DNA of 64,000 nt from Octopus vulgaris (GCA_951406725.2 OX597820.1:26784001-26848000), one strand, 5' to 3'; numbered from the stretch's first letter, positions 14,005 through 28,325 are shown. Numbers and translations are program-made. The notes: a model not told the origin generated them from the sequence alone.

Positions 14005-14897
14005 AAGAAAGAGAGCGAGAGAAAGAGAGAGGAGTGATGGTAGAGAAAGATTGTTACATATATGCAAAGAAAAATGTGGTAGGAGAAATGTTTGAAGATT
14101 GATAAAAAAAATGGCATGATAGATTGCTGGATAGATATCCCATAGTATAGAAAATTTCCATTAAAACAACATAAAGAAATGGACTCACATACACAAAAAA
14201 ACACACACACATACACACAACTTGCATATTCTTAAATGTACATACAAATAAAGATTATAACTACATATCCATATTTACCCATTCACACGCATATGTTTTT
14301 TTCTCTTACTTAGACAAACATCAGAAATTACACCCACACACCCACACCCACATTACATAAAATCTACACATCATGCATATATTTATACAATACATATATA
14401 CATAGATATTACTCTAAAGGTTAGTAGGGCTACTATTTATTTCATCAAAAGGTCACTGAAATTGAATAATATGAAACGATCATTTTATCGTCACCTTCAT
14501 GCCACCAATTTTAATTTTTGCAATAATATTAGTTGATGGATGTTTAGGCTGCAATCATGCTGGTCACAGGATTCCCACACACCTACTTCAGCATAAATAT
14601 TTGAAAAATAACTCTCCCAAATTCTCAGATGTTAGTAAATTTTAAGCAATGCAGAAAACTTTTAGTCTATGGTAATTGTGACACCATACGTAACTACACA
14701 TAATGTCTTTTGCAAGTATCTCTATTAACATTTTATGAAGTTTCTTGTCAGATACATATCAGATTCCAGATATATTTGAAGTATGTAGCCATAATGCAAC
14801 TATGTAGTTTACATAATAATTTCTTCAAATTGGTTTCAGCTGGGGTTATTTAAAAAACAAACAAACAACGTTTCTTGTTGTTACTGAAATCAATGTT

Positions 14898-15102
14898 ACT
14901 CCTCCTCTCTTTCCCAATCGCCCTTCTCCTCAACTCCTCCTCCTCCTCCTCCTCCATTCCTCCTCTTCCTCTCCCCACCCTCTTCTTCGTCTCTGCCTTC
15001 CCTAGTGCTCCCCCACCCATTGTCATCATTGATGTTGTCACCATACTCCCGTCCCCTATCCTCCTCCTCCTCCTCTTCCTCCTCTTCTTCCTCCTCCTCC
15101 AC
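14898..15102. repeat. (CCT)n-rich polypyrimidine tract
   Basis: Seen directly; it explains the poly-E, poly-R and poly-L ORFs. Confidence 0.85.
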
Positions 15103-15380
15103 CACATAATCATCACCATTATTATCACCATTGTTTTTGTATCAATTTTGTTGTGTCCTGGCTGACATTTGAAAATTTACATTTTATAATCTACATATAT
15201 GATAATAACGATAATAATGCTAATAATGACAACAACAACAACAAAAAACATGTTTGAAAGCCTAATCAATGAGCCCTTACTTCTATAGGACACAAATATA
15301 TTAATTCTTGCATCAAGTTTGTATGAAGGGATCTGTTGTATAGAAGTTGAACTAGGAGATGCTGATTAAGTTATCTACAA

Positions 15381-15447
<67 letters not shown>

Positions 15448-15578
15448 CATATACAGAGATGTATACATATATATATATATGTATATATATGTATATGTAT
15501 ATGTATATATGTATATAAATATATATACACATGCATATGTATATATACAAATATGCATATACATACATACAAATATGC

Positions 15579-15617
<39 letters not shown>

Positions 15618-15678
15618 CACACATATGTATATATATGTATAAACATATATGTATATATGTATATATGTATATATATTT

Positions 15679-15722
<44 letters not shown>

Positions 15723-15891
15723 ATGTGTGTATGTATATGTGTGTGTATGTATATATGTATATGTGTCTATATATATTTTCTTTTCAAATCATTGAAGTGT
15801 ATTGTTAAATAAAGAAGATTGTCTGACATTGTGGGCTGGATATGTAATCACTCTTTCTATTGAACATTAAAAAAACAGAGAAAGACATGCA

Positions 15892-15931
<40 letters not shown>

Positions 15932-16019
15932 ACATAGTTATGTATGTATGTGCACATGTATGTATCTTCCTATCAATCTACCTATGAATATATGCATGTA
16001 TACACACATACACACATAC

Positions 16020-16081
<62 letters not shown>

Positions 16082-16602
16082 AAATTTGAAGCTGCTTGAT
16101 TTATCCTTTTGTTATTCTTCTAGCTTCTATATCCGATAGCTGTCTGAACTTACAAATTAGTAATGAATCCCATTTCTATAATGACTTTGTCAAGTGATAG
16201 ACTAAAACCATCATTTTTACCATTTCTTATATTTTCATTTGTAATGGAAAATCCTTCTTTTCAGAAACATATCAACTCTATCTATTTATAGATGGAATCA
16301 GGCAAGCTGTTCTTCTATTTATTTATTCATACAGATCAAGATGAAATGACTACTGGATTTCACTATATAATCAATATTATATAGTTAGTGTTACATAATA
16401 ATTGGCATATTCATGTTTTCCAAATTGTTAAATGATTTATTAATCATATGCTGTTGAAACAGCTGTAACCAAAGAAGAATTTCAATTCCTGTACCTTTCA
16501 TCAGTCAATTTTAATCACCTTCATCTCTTCAGTGTGTGTATGAGTACATATGCATGCATACATACATACATACATACATACATACATACATACATACATA
16601 CA

Positions 16603-16636
<34 letters not shown>

Positions 16637-16685
16637 CATATATACAAAAATCAATTTACATATGCATATACATATGTATGTATGC

Positions 16686-16718
<33 letters not shown>

Positions 16719-16944
16719 TGTATGTATGTATGTATGTATGTATGTATATATGTGTGTGTGTATAATTATATGTGTGCATATATATTCATCTATAGAATGC
16801 AAACTAACAAAATAGCAGAAATTTTAAGTACAATATATAATGTATGCCTTGTTTATTATAAATATTCAATTTTGTGTTTTCACTTGGTTTGAATGATCCA
16901 TATATGCAAATAAAAAAAATCACATATAGTTCTATAATATGCAT

Positions 16945-17102
16945 AAGAGACTGTGTGGTAAGAAGCTTGCTTCCCAACCACGTGACTCTGGATTCAGTCC
17001 CACTCCATGACACCTTGGGCAAGTATCTTCTACTATAGCATCAGGCTGACCAAAGCCTTGTGAGCGGATTTGGTAAATGGAAACTTAAAGAAGTCCATCA
17101 TA
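16945..17102 (+). mobile_element. tRNA-derived CORE-type SINE (family B)
   Basis: ctgtgtggtaagaagcttgcttcccaaccac..ggattcagtccc..caccttgggcaagtatcttctactatagc..ccaaagccttgtgagcggatttggta. Confidence 0.85.
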
Positions 17103-17344
17103 TATATGTATATATGGATTTATTTGTGTATCTATCTACATATATGAATTCATTCTGTATACATCCAACAGTAAAGAGATGGCTAGATATATCCATATAT
17201 CTAGCTGTCCTTACATAAACACACATAAGCAAATCAGATTATATGTTTGTATACACGGACAGAGAAGAAAAAAATATATATGTGTGTGTGTGTGTGTGTA
17301 TACATATATATATATATATATATATATGCATGTATATATATGTT

Positions 17345-17399
<55 letters not shown>

Positions 17400-17757
17400 A
17401 TCAAAAAAGGGGGTCGAATTAATTAATTATTAATAAATTCGACCAAGCAGTATTCGGTATGTAAAGACCATTTACGGTATATTTGAAGTATTAATTTATA
17501 AAAATATGGTAAAGTAAAAGAATTCACTTTATATTTCAACATGCATGCAAGTTTCTGTATACATCCAACAGTAAAGAAATGGATAGATATAACTCCATAG
17601 ATGTATATGGATGTGATCTTTCATTGTTTTCACTTATACCTATGTGAGTTATTGTTCTGAGTATGCATTGTCTGGAGACAGAGTTGAAGAAATAGCCAAA
17701 TATATATGTATTTGAAAAGTTCGTGTGTGTGTGTGTACTTACCATATTTTTATAAAT

Positions 17758-17788
<31 letters not shown>

Positions 17789-17789
17789 G

Positions 17790-17912
<123 letters not shown>

Positions 17913-18504
17913 ATATATATACATATATATGTATATAGATTGATAGCTAGATAGTTAGATAAAAGTGTTGATAAATATATGGAGAAACAGAGATAGAGAG
18001 AGAGAGAGGAGAGAGATGGAGATAAAGAGAGACAGAGAAGGGGAGAGGGAACAAGAAAGAGAGAAAGAGGGGTAATGAAGGACAATGGAACAAAATTATG
18101 CAATAGAGTGAAAGATTTTCAATAACATAATAAAATATACATGTTGTGTATACATGTCCAAATACATATTTTATATGTATGTAAATGTATGTATGTATGT
18201 GTGTGTGTGTGTATGTATGTGGGACTTGCTCCCTATACAATTATTTACATAATTTAATACATACCCCTGGATCAAACAAAAGAATATTTATTACTCAATG
18301 AAGTGAACTATTTTATGAAATGCAGTCTAGTATATGTGTATATATGTAAATGTTAAGGATATAACATGTAGCATATACACACACATGAGCTTGCTTATGA
18401 TATACAGCTATATACATACATGCAATTATATTTACATAGATGCATGTACGTATACATGCATGTGTATATATAACTATATATGTGTGTGTGTGTGTATGTG
18501 TGTG

Positions 18505-18547
<43 letters not shown>

Positions 18548-19665
18548 AATGTAAATATACATCTAAATGTGTATATGCATTTGTATTTACTTATATTTCT
18601 GTATACATACATATATATATATACATATATTCATGTATATATATATATATATATATATGCTTATTTATCCAAATATATGTTTATGTTTATATATATACAT
18701 ACACACACACGCACACACAGATATATATATATTTATATATAGGCATACATATATATACATATATGCATATATGCATACATACATGCATATACACACTCAC
18801 ACATACATATATATATATATATACTGATGCAGCTATATACATATACATACATAATTGATTTCCATATATGGAGACAATGGCAAGAGCTCATATTTCAAAG
18901 TTAACACATGAAACAATTTTCCCTCTTTGTGGCTGAAATTATATTTTTCAGATTTTATATTTTTCTTTCTTTTTTCTCAAAAATACAAAAGAAAAGAATA
19001 TATATTTAATAGCAGTAACAAAATCAATGTCTCCAACAATAACACGAATAAAACACATAGTAGGAACTACATAAGCTGAAAAAGAAACAATACATAATAC
19101 ACTAGCAAATTTTTTAAAATATCTTTGATTATATACAGGAGAAATGAATGATATTGAATGATTTAGAGAGAGGCAGTAATTGAGAGACAGTGAAGGATTG
19201 GTGAGACATGATTGAGTATGAGAGTATGAGGAGAGAGAGAGGAAGAGATAGAGAAAAGGAGAAAATAAGGGAGAGAGATAGAAGGATATAAATTTAGATA
19301 ATTAAGTAATACAATACTGTAATTTTATTATTGTGAACCACTGAAACATCATATCATATAGATACTCACAAATGGATGAATGTGCAAACATTGTCAATGT
19401 GTGTGTGTGTGTATATATGCATATATATCCATATATATGCATATGTATAATATATATATATATATGTGTTTACATACATATATATGACATATATATATAT
19501 GCATATATATCCATATATATGCATATATATAATATATATATATGTATATGTATTTACATACATATATATACATATTATATATACATATACATATATATAT
19601 ATATACATACATAATATCTATAAGTACATATACACATATGAACATACACACTAACACACACACAC

Positions 19666-19700
<35 letters not shown>

Positions 19701-20342
19701 ACTATCCACAAGTATGTGTGTGTGTTTACAACTATGTATAATACGATATCTCGCAGTAATTCTCTCTGGTTAATTTAATCACACATCACCCAGAAACTAC
19801 GATTTTGCTCTCTCTCTCTCTCTCACTTTCTCTTTCAAGCTGTGCACAAAAGGAAATACTCACTCTTTTGATTTTCTTAAAAGACCTTTCTTCTGATATA
19901 TAGCACTAAAAATAATATTATCAATAACAACAACAGTAATATATGAAGTTGATGAAAAGAAAGACCAACACTAACAAGTATGGTACATTGACTTTACAGT
20001 TTTCTCCTTTGTAAATCTAATGGATTAAATTATAAGATCAAAGACGTTTATTTAGTGTTAATTTCATGTTTGAGCTCTTGTTAAGTGTTTGACATTACAA
20101 CAGTTTTAATGTTTAATAGTTTCATCAGTTCTTGTTATCATTATTGTTTTATTAACTCTCTCACATACACAATAAATATATCTGTATGTAAATATATATA
20201 TATATTTATATAACGTATATATCTTATATATATATGTATATAATGTTATATATAGATTTATGTATATGTATTTATATATGTATTATATGTGTGTGTGCAA
20301 CTATACATAATTAAAATAATGCATATTATATACATATATAGG

Positions 20343-20757
20343 TATATATATTATATATTATAATAATAACAGTAGGGAATATAAATTTCAGTTAACTGGA
20401 ATTCTTCAATAAGATAAATTGTGATTTCATTTTTCATTAACATTGTTGTATTATATTCGATTATTTATTGTTAACATACGTATATTTCTATATATATTTG
20501 TTAATTATTATATGCTAAGATACATCAGTTTTATTATCTTAGACCTGAAGAGTGGCTATATTTTTAAATTGAATTAATTTTAATAGTATCGATTTTATTA
20601 TTATCTATTTAAAGATATAGTCACGAAACGTGCGTAGTCAATTTAATGTTTATTTAATTTAGTGATTTTTTGAATAATATTTATTTTTTCTATATAATAT
20701 AGATAATATCTTTCACTATTGAATTACTTAATAGAGGTTATTTCTCTTAATTATATA
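20343..20757 (+). mobile_element. AT-rich (TA)n-inserted element carrying a hammerhead, probably PLE-derived
   Basis: Ends agtagggaatataa... and ...aatatctttca..agaggtt..ttctct are shared with the 40411-40737 element; flanked by (TA)n. Confidence 0.6.
20542..20639 (+). ncRNA. Type I hammerhead ribozyme motif
   Basis: gac-CTGAAGA(20545-51)-stem II gtggctatatttttaaat/atttaaagatatagtcac-GAAA(20625-28)-cgtgcg-TA-gtc; predicted cleavage after GUA. Confidence 0.8.
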
Positions 20758-20758
20758 C

Positions 20759-20815
<57 letters not shown>

Positions 20816-21157
20816 TTATAACGTACTGTTAAAAGGAATATATACATTTATATATATATATGCGCGCGTGTGTGTGTATCTATGTATCTGAGAAAGATTT
20901 TCTTAAAAAAATAATGTTATGTTTAACAGAGACCTGATGGAAGAAAACCGTTGTGTATACGCTTTTTGCTGTTTTCAGCTTTTTCAATGTGCTGTTTCCA
21001 ATAAAGTGCACTTATAGCAAATCTTCATTTATCATGTCTATATTAATCATCTTTTTAATAGTTGTATTACTATCATTAAAATTTATGAGTTATTTTTCTA
21101 AGAACGTTTCTTGATACACACGCACACACACATGATATATATATATACATACATACA

Positions 21158-21273
21158 GCACCAGGAGAGAAGACAAAAAGACAAAATAAACTAGCAAAAA
21201 AAAAAAAAAATTACTGGATATCGAGTCATTTCTATGCTACTTTATTTTGTCTTTTTGTCTTCTCTCTTGGTGT
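21158..21273. repeat. Inverted repeat with ~38-bp arms
   Basis: caccaggagagaagacaaaaagacaaaataaactagca / tgctactttattttgtctttttgtcttctctcttggtg. Confidence 0.9.
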
Positions 21274-21449
21274 AATATGAACATTTAATGGGGTTTTAGA
21301 GTCAGGTTTTGGCTGCTATTTCCAGCGTGGCAGTATCTCTTAGATACCCTAAATTATAATTTTAATAATAATTATTACCTTTGAAGATCGATATTTAAAT
21401 TAACGATTTATCCTTATTTATATAAATTTATATATATATATATATATTT

Positions 21450-21673
21450 ATTGCCCACAAGGGGCTAAACATAGACGGGACAAACAAGGACAGACAAAGG
21501 GATTAAGTCGATTACATCGATCCCAGTGCATAACTGGTACTTTATTTACCAACCCCGAAAGGATGAAAGGGAAAGTCGACCTCAGCAAAATTTGAACTCA
21601 GAACGTAACGGCAGACAAAATACGGCTACGCATTTCGCCCGGCGTGCTAACGTTTCTGCCAGCTCGCCGCCTT
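21450..21673 (-). mobile_element. Well-preserved tRNA-derived SINE (family A, Meta-like central domain)
   Basis: Minus strand aaggcggcgagctggcagaaacgttagc (A box)...gagttcaaatt (B box)...tttcatcctttcgggg...aagtaccag; CpGs retained. Confidence 0.9.
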
Positions 21674-22239
21674 AATATATATATACATATACATACATAC
21701 ATGCATGTATATGTGTGTGTGCGTTTGTGTACATATACACATACACACACATACACATACATTCAGATATATATATACACAGGAGCGTGTGAATGTGTAA
21801 TTTATTACAATCTGAAAGACAGAAGAGAAACAAATACTACAGTGATTATATTATCTGCAGTAAAATTACGGAAACACATAGAATAGAACCAGCCTATGTA
21901 AATGCATTGAAATGTTATCATAATAATGTTATTAAAATGTATTGGAGATAGCAGTAAATTGGTGTATAGGAGCAGAATTGGTGTTGATAACTGTTATGGT
22001 TAGTGGTGGTGGCAATGGTGATAGTAATTGTAGACATTTTGTAAAATGAAATACAAATGAAACTAGTTCAAATGCTGTAAGAAAAACTGGTAATTGTGAA
22101 TTGTGAGAGAAACGACAATTTGCATCCCTTCATCCACCCTACTATTCAATCCATCACAAATCTGAAAATGAGAAGGAAATTTCTGAAATAAGAGACATAA
22201 GACATAGTAAAATTATGATATTATATATATATATGTATA

Positions 22240-22284
<45 letters not shown>

Positions 22285-22296
22285 CTATATATAGGT

Positions 22297-22371
<75 letters not shown>

Positions 22372-22438
22372 TACATACACATATGTTTATAGATATATAT
22401 CTGTGTATACATACTCCCCACACAGATATATATATATG

Positions 22439-22490
<52 letters not shown>

Positions 22491-22899
22491 AATACACAAT
22501 ACACATACACACACCACATATCTTCATCATCATCACCATCATCTTTATCATCAACATACTATGTCCACTTTCATTGCTGGCATGTGTAGGATGGGTTGTA
22601 ACATATGTAATGTGTGCATACATACAGAAATATCGTATCCAGTTATATTGTAGCATTTTTCTTTATAAACAACTTCATTTGAAAACTTTTCATATTTGAA
22701 TGGAAATAAAGTAAGATAAAATACATAGTATTCTGTTTATGTAAAAGATATATCTTAAAACAGAAATATCTTACAAAGGTTGAAAAGAAAATACAAAGAC
22801 ATATCTAAATATTTGTTAAAAATTCTGTAGGCAGCAGTGAATGAAATTATTGATGTGTAAATAAAGCTGATAGATATTTCCTGGATATAAAGTATAAGT

Positions 22900-23299
22900 G
22901 GGTGGTTAACACTATCAACCCCAGTGATAGACTGGTACTATATTTTATTGACCAAAACACGATGAAAGGGAAAGTTGAGCTGGTTAGAATTTGAACTCAG
23001 AACGAAAAGTGTCAGAAGAAATATACAAAAAAAAAATTTGCTAGCTCACTGCTTCAATAATTACTCTAACAACAACAATATTGACAATGGTTTCAAATTT
23101 TGGCACAAGGCCAGCAATTTTGGAGGAGGGAGTAAGTCAAATCGACCCCAGTGCTCAACTGGTACTTATTTTATTGACCCTGAAAGGATGAAAGACAAAG
23201 TCAATCTTGGCAGAGTTTAAACTGAGAATATAACGACAGATGAAATACCATTAAACATTTTGGCCAGTATGTCAACAATTCTGCTAGCTCACCACCTTA
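22900..23299 (-). mobile_element. Two adjacent family A SINE copies
   Basis: ccccagtg..actggtact..atgaaag..tt(g/a)aact occurs twice. Confidence 0.8.
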
Positions 23300-23333
23300 A
23301 ACAATAGCAATAATAATAATAATGATGATGATG

Positions 23334-23376
<43 letters not shown>

Positions 23377-23377
<1 letters not shown>

Positions 23378-24147
23378 CTATATATATAAAAGTGAGATAC
23401 TGTATGTTTGTTTGTCCAGCTATTATGCTTTTTCTATGTATAAAATCGAAATTCTGTCTCCTTCTTTATCCAGCAAAATGAAAGTATCTGGTTCAGGGGA
23501 AGCTATTATGCTATTGGCTAATTTGTCCCAACAAGAATTATGCAATAATACAGCACTAATTGTGCACAAACTTATGAGGAACTGCATTGAGGCAAATATT
23601 TTCACTGGTTGTGGTAAAGGTGACACTGTCTTCATTCCTCACATACCGGTTATACCATCTAAAGTCCCATTCCAATTTAAGCTGTTACAGTTTCCTATCC
23701 CACTTTCTTTTGTCATGAGCATTAATAAAACTCAGGGCCAAACACTAAAAGTTGCTGGATTGCATCTTTTTGCCTATGCACTCCAAATTAAAACAAATGA
23801 ACATTGTTTATAAAGAAGTATTCACTATTAATGCAACATGAATACTTCAATGACTTAATTTCAAGAATGAGTAAATTACCTATTTGAATGAAGTGTATTA
23901 TATACTTGCCATTACTCTATTCATAGATATAATAACACCTGCAACTCACTATTATTCTCATATAGTAAACAAACACAAGTTCATGTATAAAATTGATCTT
24001 TTTTTCCACTTCAATTATTACATATTTTTCTCTTATAAAATTACATGCATACAGGATGAGTAAATTATATATATAATAATACTTTAAATATGTCTCCCAA
24101 GAAACAATAAAAGTAATCACCTGATCAATGATGTGTATTACTACTAG
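23377..24147 (+). mobile_element. Internally deleted Helitron
   Basis: 5' end A|TCtatatatataaaa, 3' end CTAG|T (24144-47) preceded by a decayed subterminal hairpin (cacctgatcaatgatgtg), no TSD, PIF1 fragment inside. Confidence 0.85.
23454..23770 (+). pseudogene. Helitron RepHel PIF1 helicase C-terminal fragment
   Basis: IMLLANLS..LCNNTALIV..IFTGCGKGDTVFIPHIPVIPS..PFQFKLLQFPIPLSFVMSINKTQGQTLKVAG matches PIF1 motifs (MLLRNL, LCNGTRL, IPRI, QFP, AMTINKSQGQTL), with key residues substituted. Confidence 0.93.
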
Positions 24148-24159
24148 TTCTTTCTAATT

Positions 24160-24358
24160 CTACAACCAGGAATTTTAAGAGGCGCTGCTGGTTGATTCCA
24201 TTGACCCTAGTACTTGAGTGGTACTTTATTTCATCAAACCCTGTAAATATGAAAGGCAATGTCAATGTTGGCGAAATTTGGACTCAGAATCTAAAGAACG
24301 AAGAAATACTCTTAAACATTTTGTCCAACATGGTAATGACTGCCAGCTTGTTGTCTTA
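24160..24358 (-). mobile_element. Decayed family A SINE
   Basis: ttgaccctagt..tggtact..atgaaaggcaa..tttggactcagaa..tgccagct. Confidence 0.7.
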
Positions 24359-24732
24359 ATAATTATAATAATATGGTACTGAAAATTATTACCCAAATAT
24401 GCAATTATATATATATATATATATATATATGTTGTGTTTGTGTGCACACACATGTGTGTATGGCACTGAGATAGTAAATTTATTATTATGTCCTGAATAT
24501 GTGTTTTCTCTGTCACTGGTATCTTCTAACCTATGTGGTAGTTTATATTTTGCTGTAACAGAAGGGAAAAGACAGAGAGAAAGACAGAGGGGCGAGAGTG
24601 AGTGCATGTGAGGGGAAGAGGAGTGAGTATTTAAAGTAATATAAGAGTATGTTGTAAGGTAGATAGTGTATTGTTAGAAAGATAGATAAATAGAGAGATA
24701 GGTAAACAGTTTTTTATTTGGCCAGTGATATA

Positions 24733-24774
<42 letters not shown>

Positions 24775-26364
24775 CAAAAGGAAATGTAAATAAAATCATG
24801 TATAAAGAACATAAATAAAATATTATAAATAGTTGAAATAGAAAATGTATAGTGAAATTGCTGCAGAAATACTCACCTTGTGTTTATATTTTAGTCCAGA
24901 TTGTGGCAGTTTAAGTGTGGGTGTTGTTGGATATGTTTAATTTTGGAGGGGAGTGATATGGGGAAGGTTATATATTTGGGGATCTATGCAATAATAAAAC
25001 TAACACAGTGACATATTGATATCACTGTTGTTTAATTTTAGGTAAACTTAGATTGAGCAGATCTCTGAATCAGGGTATTCCAACCATGATCAACCCATCT
25101 TTTTGTATATCTAGCTCTACATTGGCCAATTTACTCTTTCAGTCTTTTTCTGAGTTGAAGGAATCTGGTCTTTTGTTTTTTGGTCCTGGCAAGTTGTAGA
25201 AGTTTCCATATTGTTTCAAAATGATAGTGTTACTGGATGAAGAGTGACTGATAGTGATATTTGGTGCTGGGCCATGCAAAGCCGGTAGAAAACACAAACC
25301 AGACGTGAAGCGTAGATTCCATTTTGAACTGTTTGTTAAATATTTTATTTATCAGAGCTAACTGCATACAGTTTATGCAATGATTACCAATATACATACA
25401 AATATATATACATACTTAACAAATGTGTGTATATATATATACATATATACATGTACACACACCACACGTTCACATAAATATATGTATGTAAACATGTACA
25501 AATATCTATGTGTGTGTGCATGCATGTGTGCATGTGTATGTCTAGGTTCAAGCCATTGTCCTTACCTCAGAGTGATACCCAGTCCCTCTGTTCAGGCTTG
25601 CTTGGGTGTTCGGCATGGAGTGGATAAAGCTAAGATTATGAAATGCAGTTGAGATGATAATGATTTATTATATAAGCCATATATCTTGGAGGGATTAAGA
25701 TCATTGATTAATTAGGATGATTTAGAAATTGATTGCTTCTTATTTAATCACGCTCTCATGTGTGAACAAAAGGCAAAGTCACCTATAGCAAGATTTGAAA
25801 CTGAGAATCTAAATTGGCAATGTTAGAATCCCATATGGACTATTTACCAATTGGTCTACCAATTCTGCCACTGACCACCGACCAGACTATGAACAACAAA
25901 ATGGGCTGTTGTGATAACTATAGCATTCAATCGAAACTTAAGTGGATGTCAGACAATAAAATGCATGGATCAAACAACCATGATGATACATTGAGAAACC
26001 TTTGAATTTAAAAGCCAAACACACAACCAGATAGTTTTAAATTTAGCAGCCATACTGCAAGAAAAAAAAAAAGAAGCTGCCCCATCGAAAAAACAAACAA
26101 AAGATAAAGCATAACAAAACAACAACATCTCAAAGGCTTTTCTTGTTTTGCTATACAAAATACAGATGAGACTAGATGGGTTTGTAGTTCAATTGTTGAC
26201 TTGGATTCCAGTAAAAGGAGATTGTAAACTTTAAATGTCTTTTTTAATAGTGCGATTGCTAGTGTGGTGAAAGTGTCTCAATCAACATATACTTATTTTT
26301 TGTTATTTATATTTTTTCTAACATGTCTTGTTCACATGTTATTTTTCCCAGTTAAAAGCCGGCG

Positions 26365-26404
<40 letters not shown>

Positions 26405-26413
26405 TAGATATAG

Positions 26414-26476
<63 letters not shown>

Positions 26477-26483
26477 TATATAC

Positions 26484-26515
<32 letters not shown>

Positions 26516-27009
26516 ATACACACACACATATATGTAACTATATGTGTATATGTATTTGCATACATACATACATAAATACATACACACACACATACACACA
26601 CATATAGAATAGTCCCAGTGTGGGGCTGAGGAGACCATAGTTCAAATTAGGACTTAGTGCATGTCAGTATTATGTAGAGTGTGTATGGTTATTTGTAGCA
26701 AGGTGTCCTATGTAGAGCATGTCTATCTCACAGGTTCACTTCCATGACTGTTTAGAATGACTATATATATATGTGTGTGTGAGTGTGTGTGTGTGTGTGT
26801 GAGTGCGTGAGTACGTGTGTGTGTGTTTGTGTATGTGTGTATTTAAATATGTATTATGTATATATGTATGTATATGTACATACATATATATATATATGTA
26901 TATATAAATATCTGTATGTATATATATATATATATACAAGTATGTGGACAAAAAAAAGGAAGTGGCACTCAACTCATTCAGTAAGAGTCACACATATTAT
27001 TTAGTAACA

Positions 27010-27146
27010 GTTTGATTCAGGTCTATGCAAGTCAAAGTTGTGTAGGCTCATAAAACGAACCTATCTTATCAGGCTTGTAGAACTGAATTTATGAACATCG
27101 TTTTATGAGCCTACAAAATTTTAAGTTGCATGGACCCAAATCAAAC
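27010..27146. repeat. Inverted repeat (~50-bp arms) with a decayed minus-strand hammerhead
   Basis: gtttgatt..gtaggctcataaaacga / tcgttttatgagcctac..aatcaaac. Confidence 0.85.
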
Positions 27147-27161
27147 TCTTTATAAATTTTA

Positions 27162-27241
<80 letters not shown>

Positions 27242-27864
27242 GACAGAGAGAGATGAGTTTGAAACCACTTTTCTTGCATTACTAGTACATACATAAAATC
27301 ATCAGTAAATTACTTTTCAAAAGATTCTTTATTTTTCAAAAACCATTATTTTTTAATTATTCATTTTTATTCTTAAAGATCTTTTCCTGCGGGAAATCAT
27401 GTTTAATAGAAATTGTTTGATACTTCTTACTTGGTATATTTTCTTTATATGTTATCAGGCCAAAATAGAAAAAAAAATAGAAAAAATGCATACATACTGA
27501 AAAGTAGAAGCTGTTGACAAGGTTGTAAAGCCTTTGACAAGGTTTAAGGCCTAACAACAACTGACAGGGTATTAAAATGATGTCATTAAGCAAGAATGTG
27601 ATATAACAAAGGTGTAAAAATGATGACATTGCCAATACTGATTTCTAATATAGACACAAATTTCAAGCAAAAGGGCTGTTTATAAAATCAAGTATTAAAT
27701 TTTCCCCCATGTTTGCTTAGCAGCTCCGGAAGGGGAAAATGACTTCAGCAAGATTTGAAATCAGAATGTCAATGACTGTAAAAAAAACCCAAAAAACAAA
27801 AACAAAAAAAAACAAAACAAAACACAATGAAAAATAACTACAATGAAAACCCATCTCTTACTGA

Positions 27865-28325
27865 TAATGTTTCTCATTTTGGCACAAGACCAGCAGACTT
27901 CAGAGGAGGATATTGTGAATATTCTTTTCTACTCTAGGTAGAAGGCCTAAAGTTTTTGGTGAGGGGGCGAGTCAATTAGATCGATCCCAGTATGCAACTG
28001 GTACTTAATTCATTGACCTTGGTGGGACTTGAACTCAGAATGTTAAGAGCCAGAGGAAATGCTATTAAGCATTTTTTCTGACATGCTAACAAATCTGCCA
28101 GCTAGCCACCTTGCTGTCAATGACAATAATTCTTTCTAATTTTGTCACTGAGCCAGAAAATTTGAGGGGAGGGGGCAGTACTTGACTGGCACTTATTTTA
28201 TCAACCTCAAAAGGATGAAAGGCAAAGCTGACCTTAATAGGATTTGAACTCAGAATGAAAAAGCTGGAAGAAATGTTACAAAGCATTTGGCCCAATGTGC
28301 TAATGAGTCTGCCAGCTCACTGCCC
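27865..28325 (-). mobile_element. Cluster of family A SINE copies and fragments
   Basis: Repeated ggcacaag.., gatcccagt..actggtact, ttgaactcagaatg, ctgccagct. Confidence 0.8.

Noticed and set aside
14850-15165. Poly-R, poly-E and hydrophobic ORFs
   Set aside because: Derived from (CCT)n and (CAT)n low-complexity sequence.
15301-15370. gatctgttgt resembling the H2 arm within a weak hairpin
   Set aside because: It lacks the gttctcc loop and pairing is sparse.
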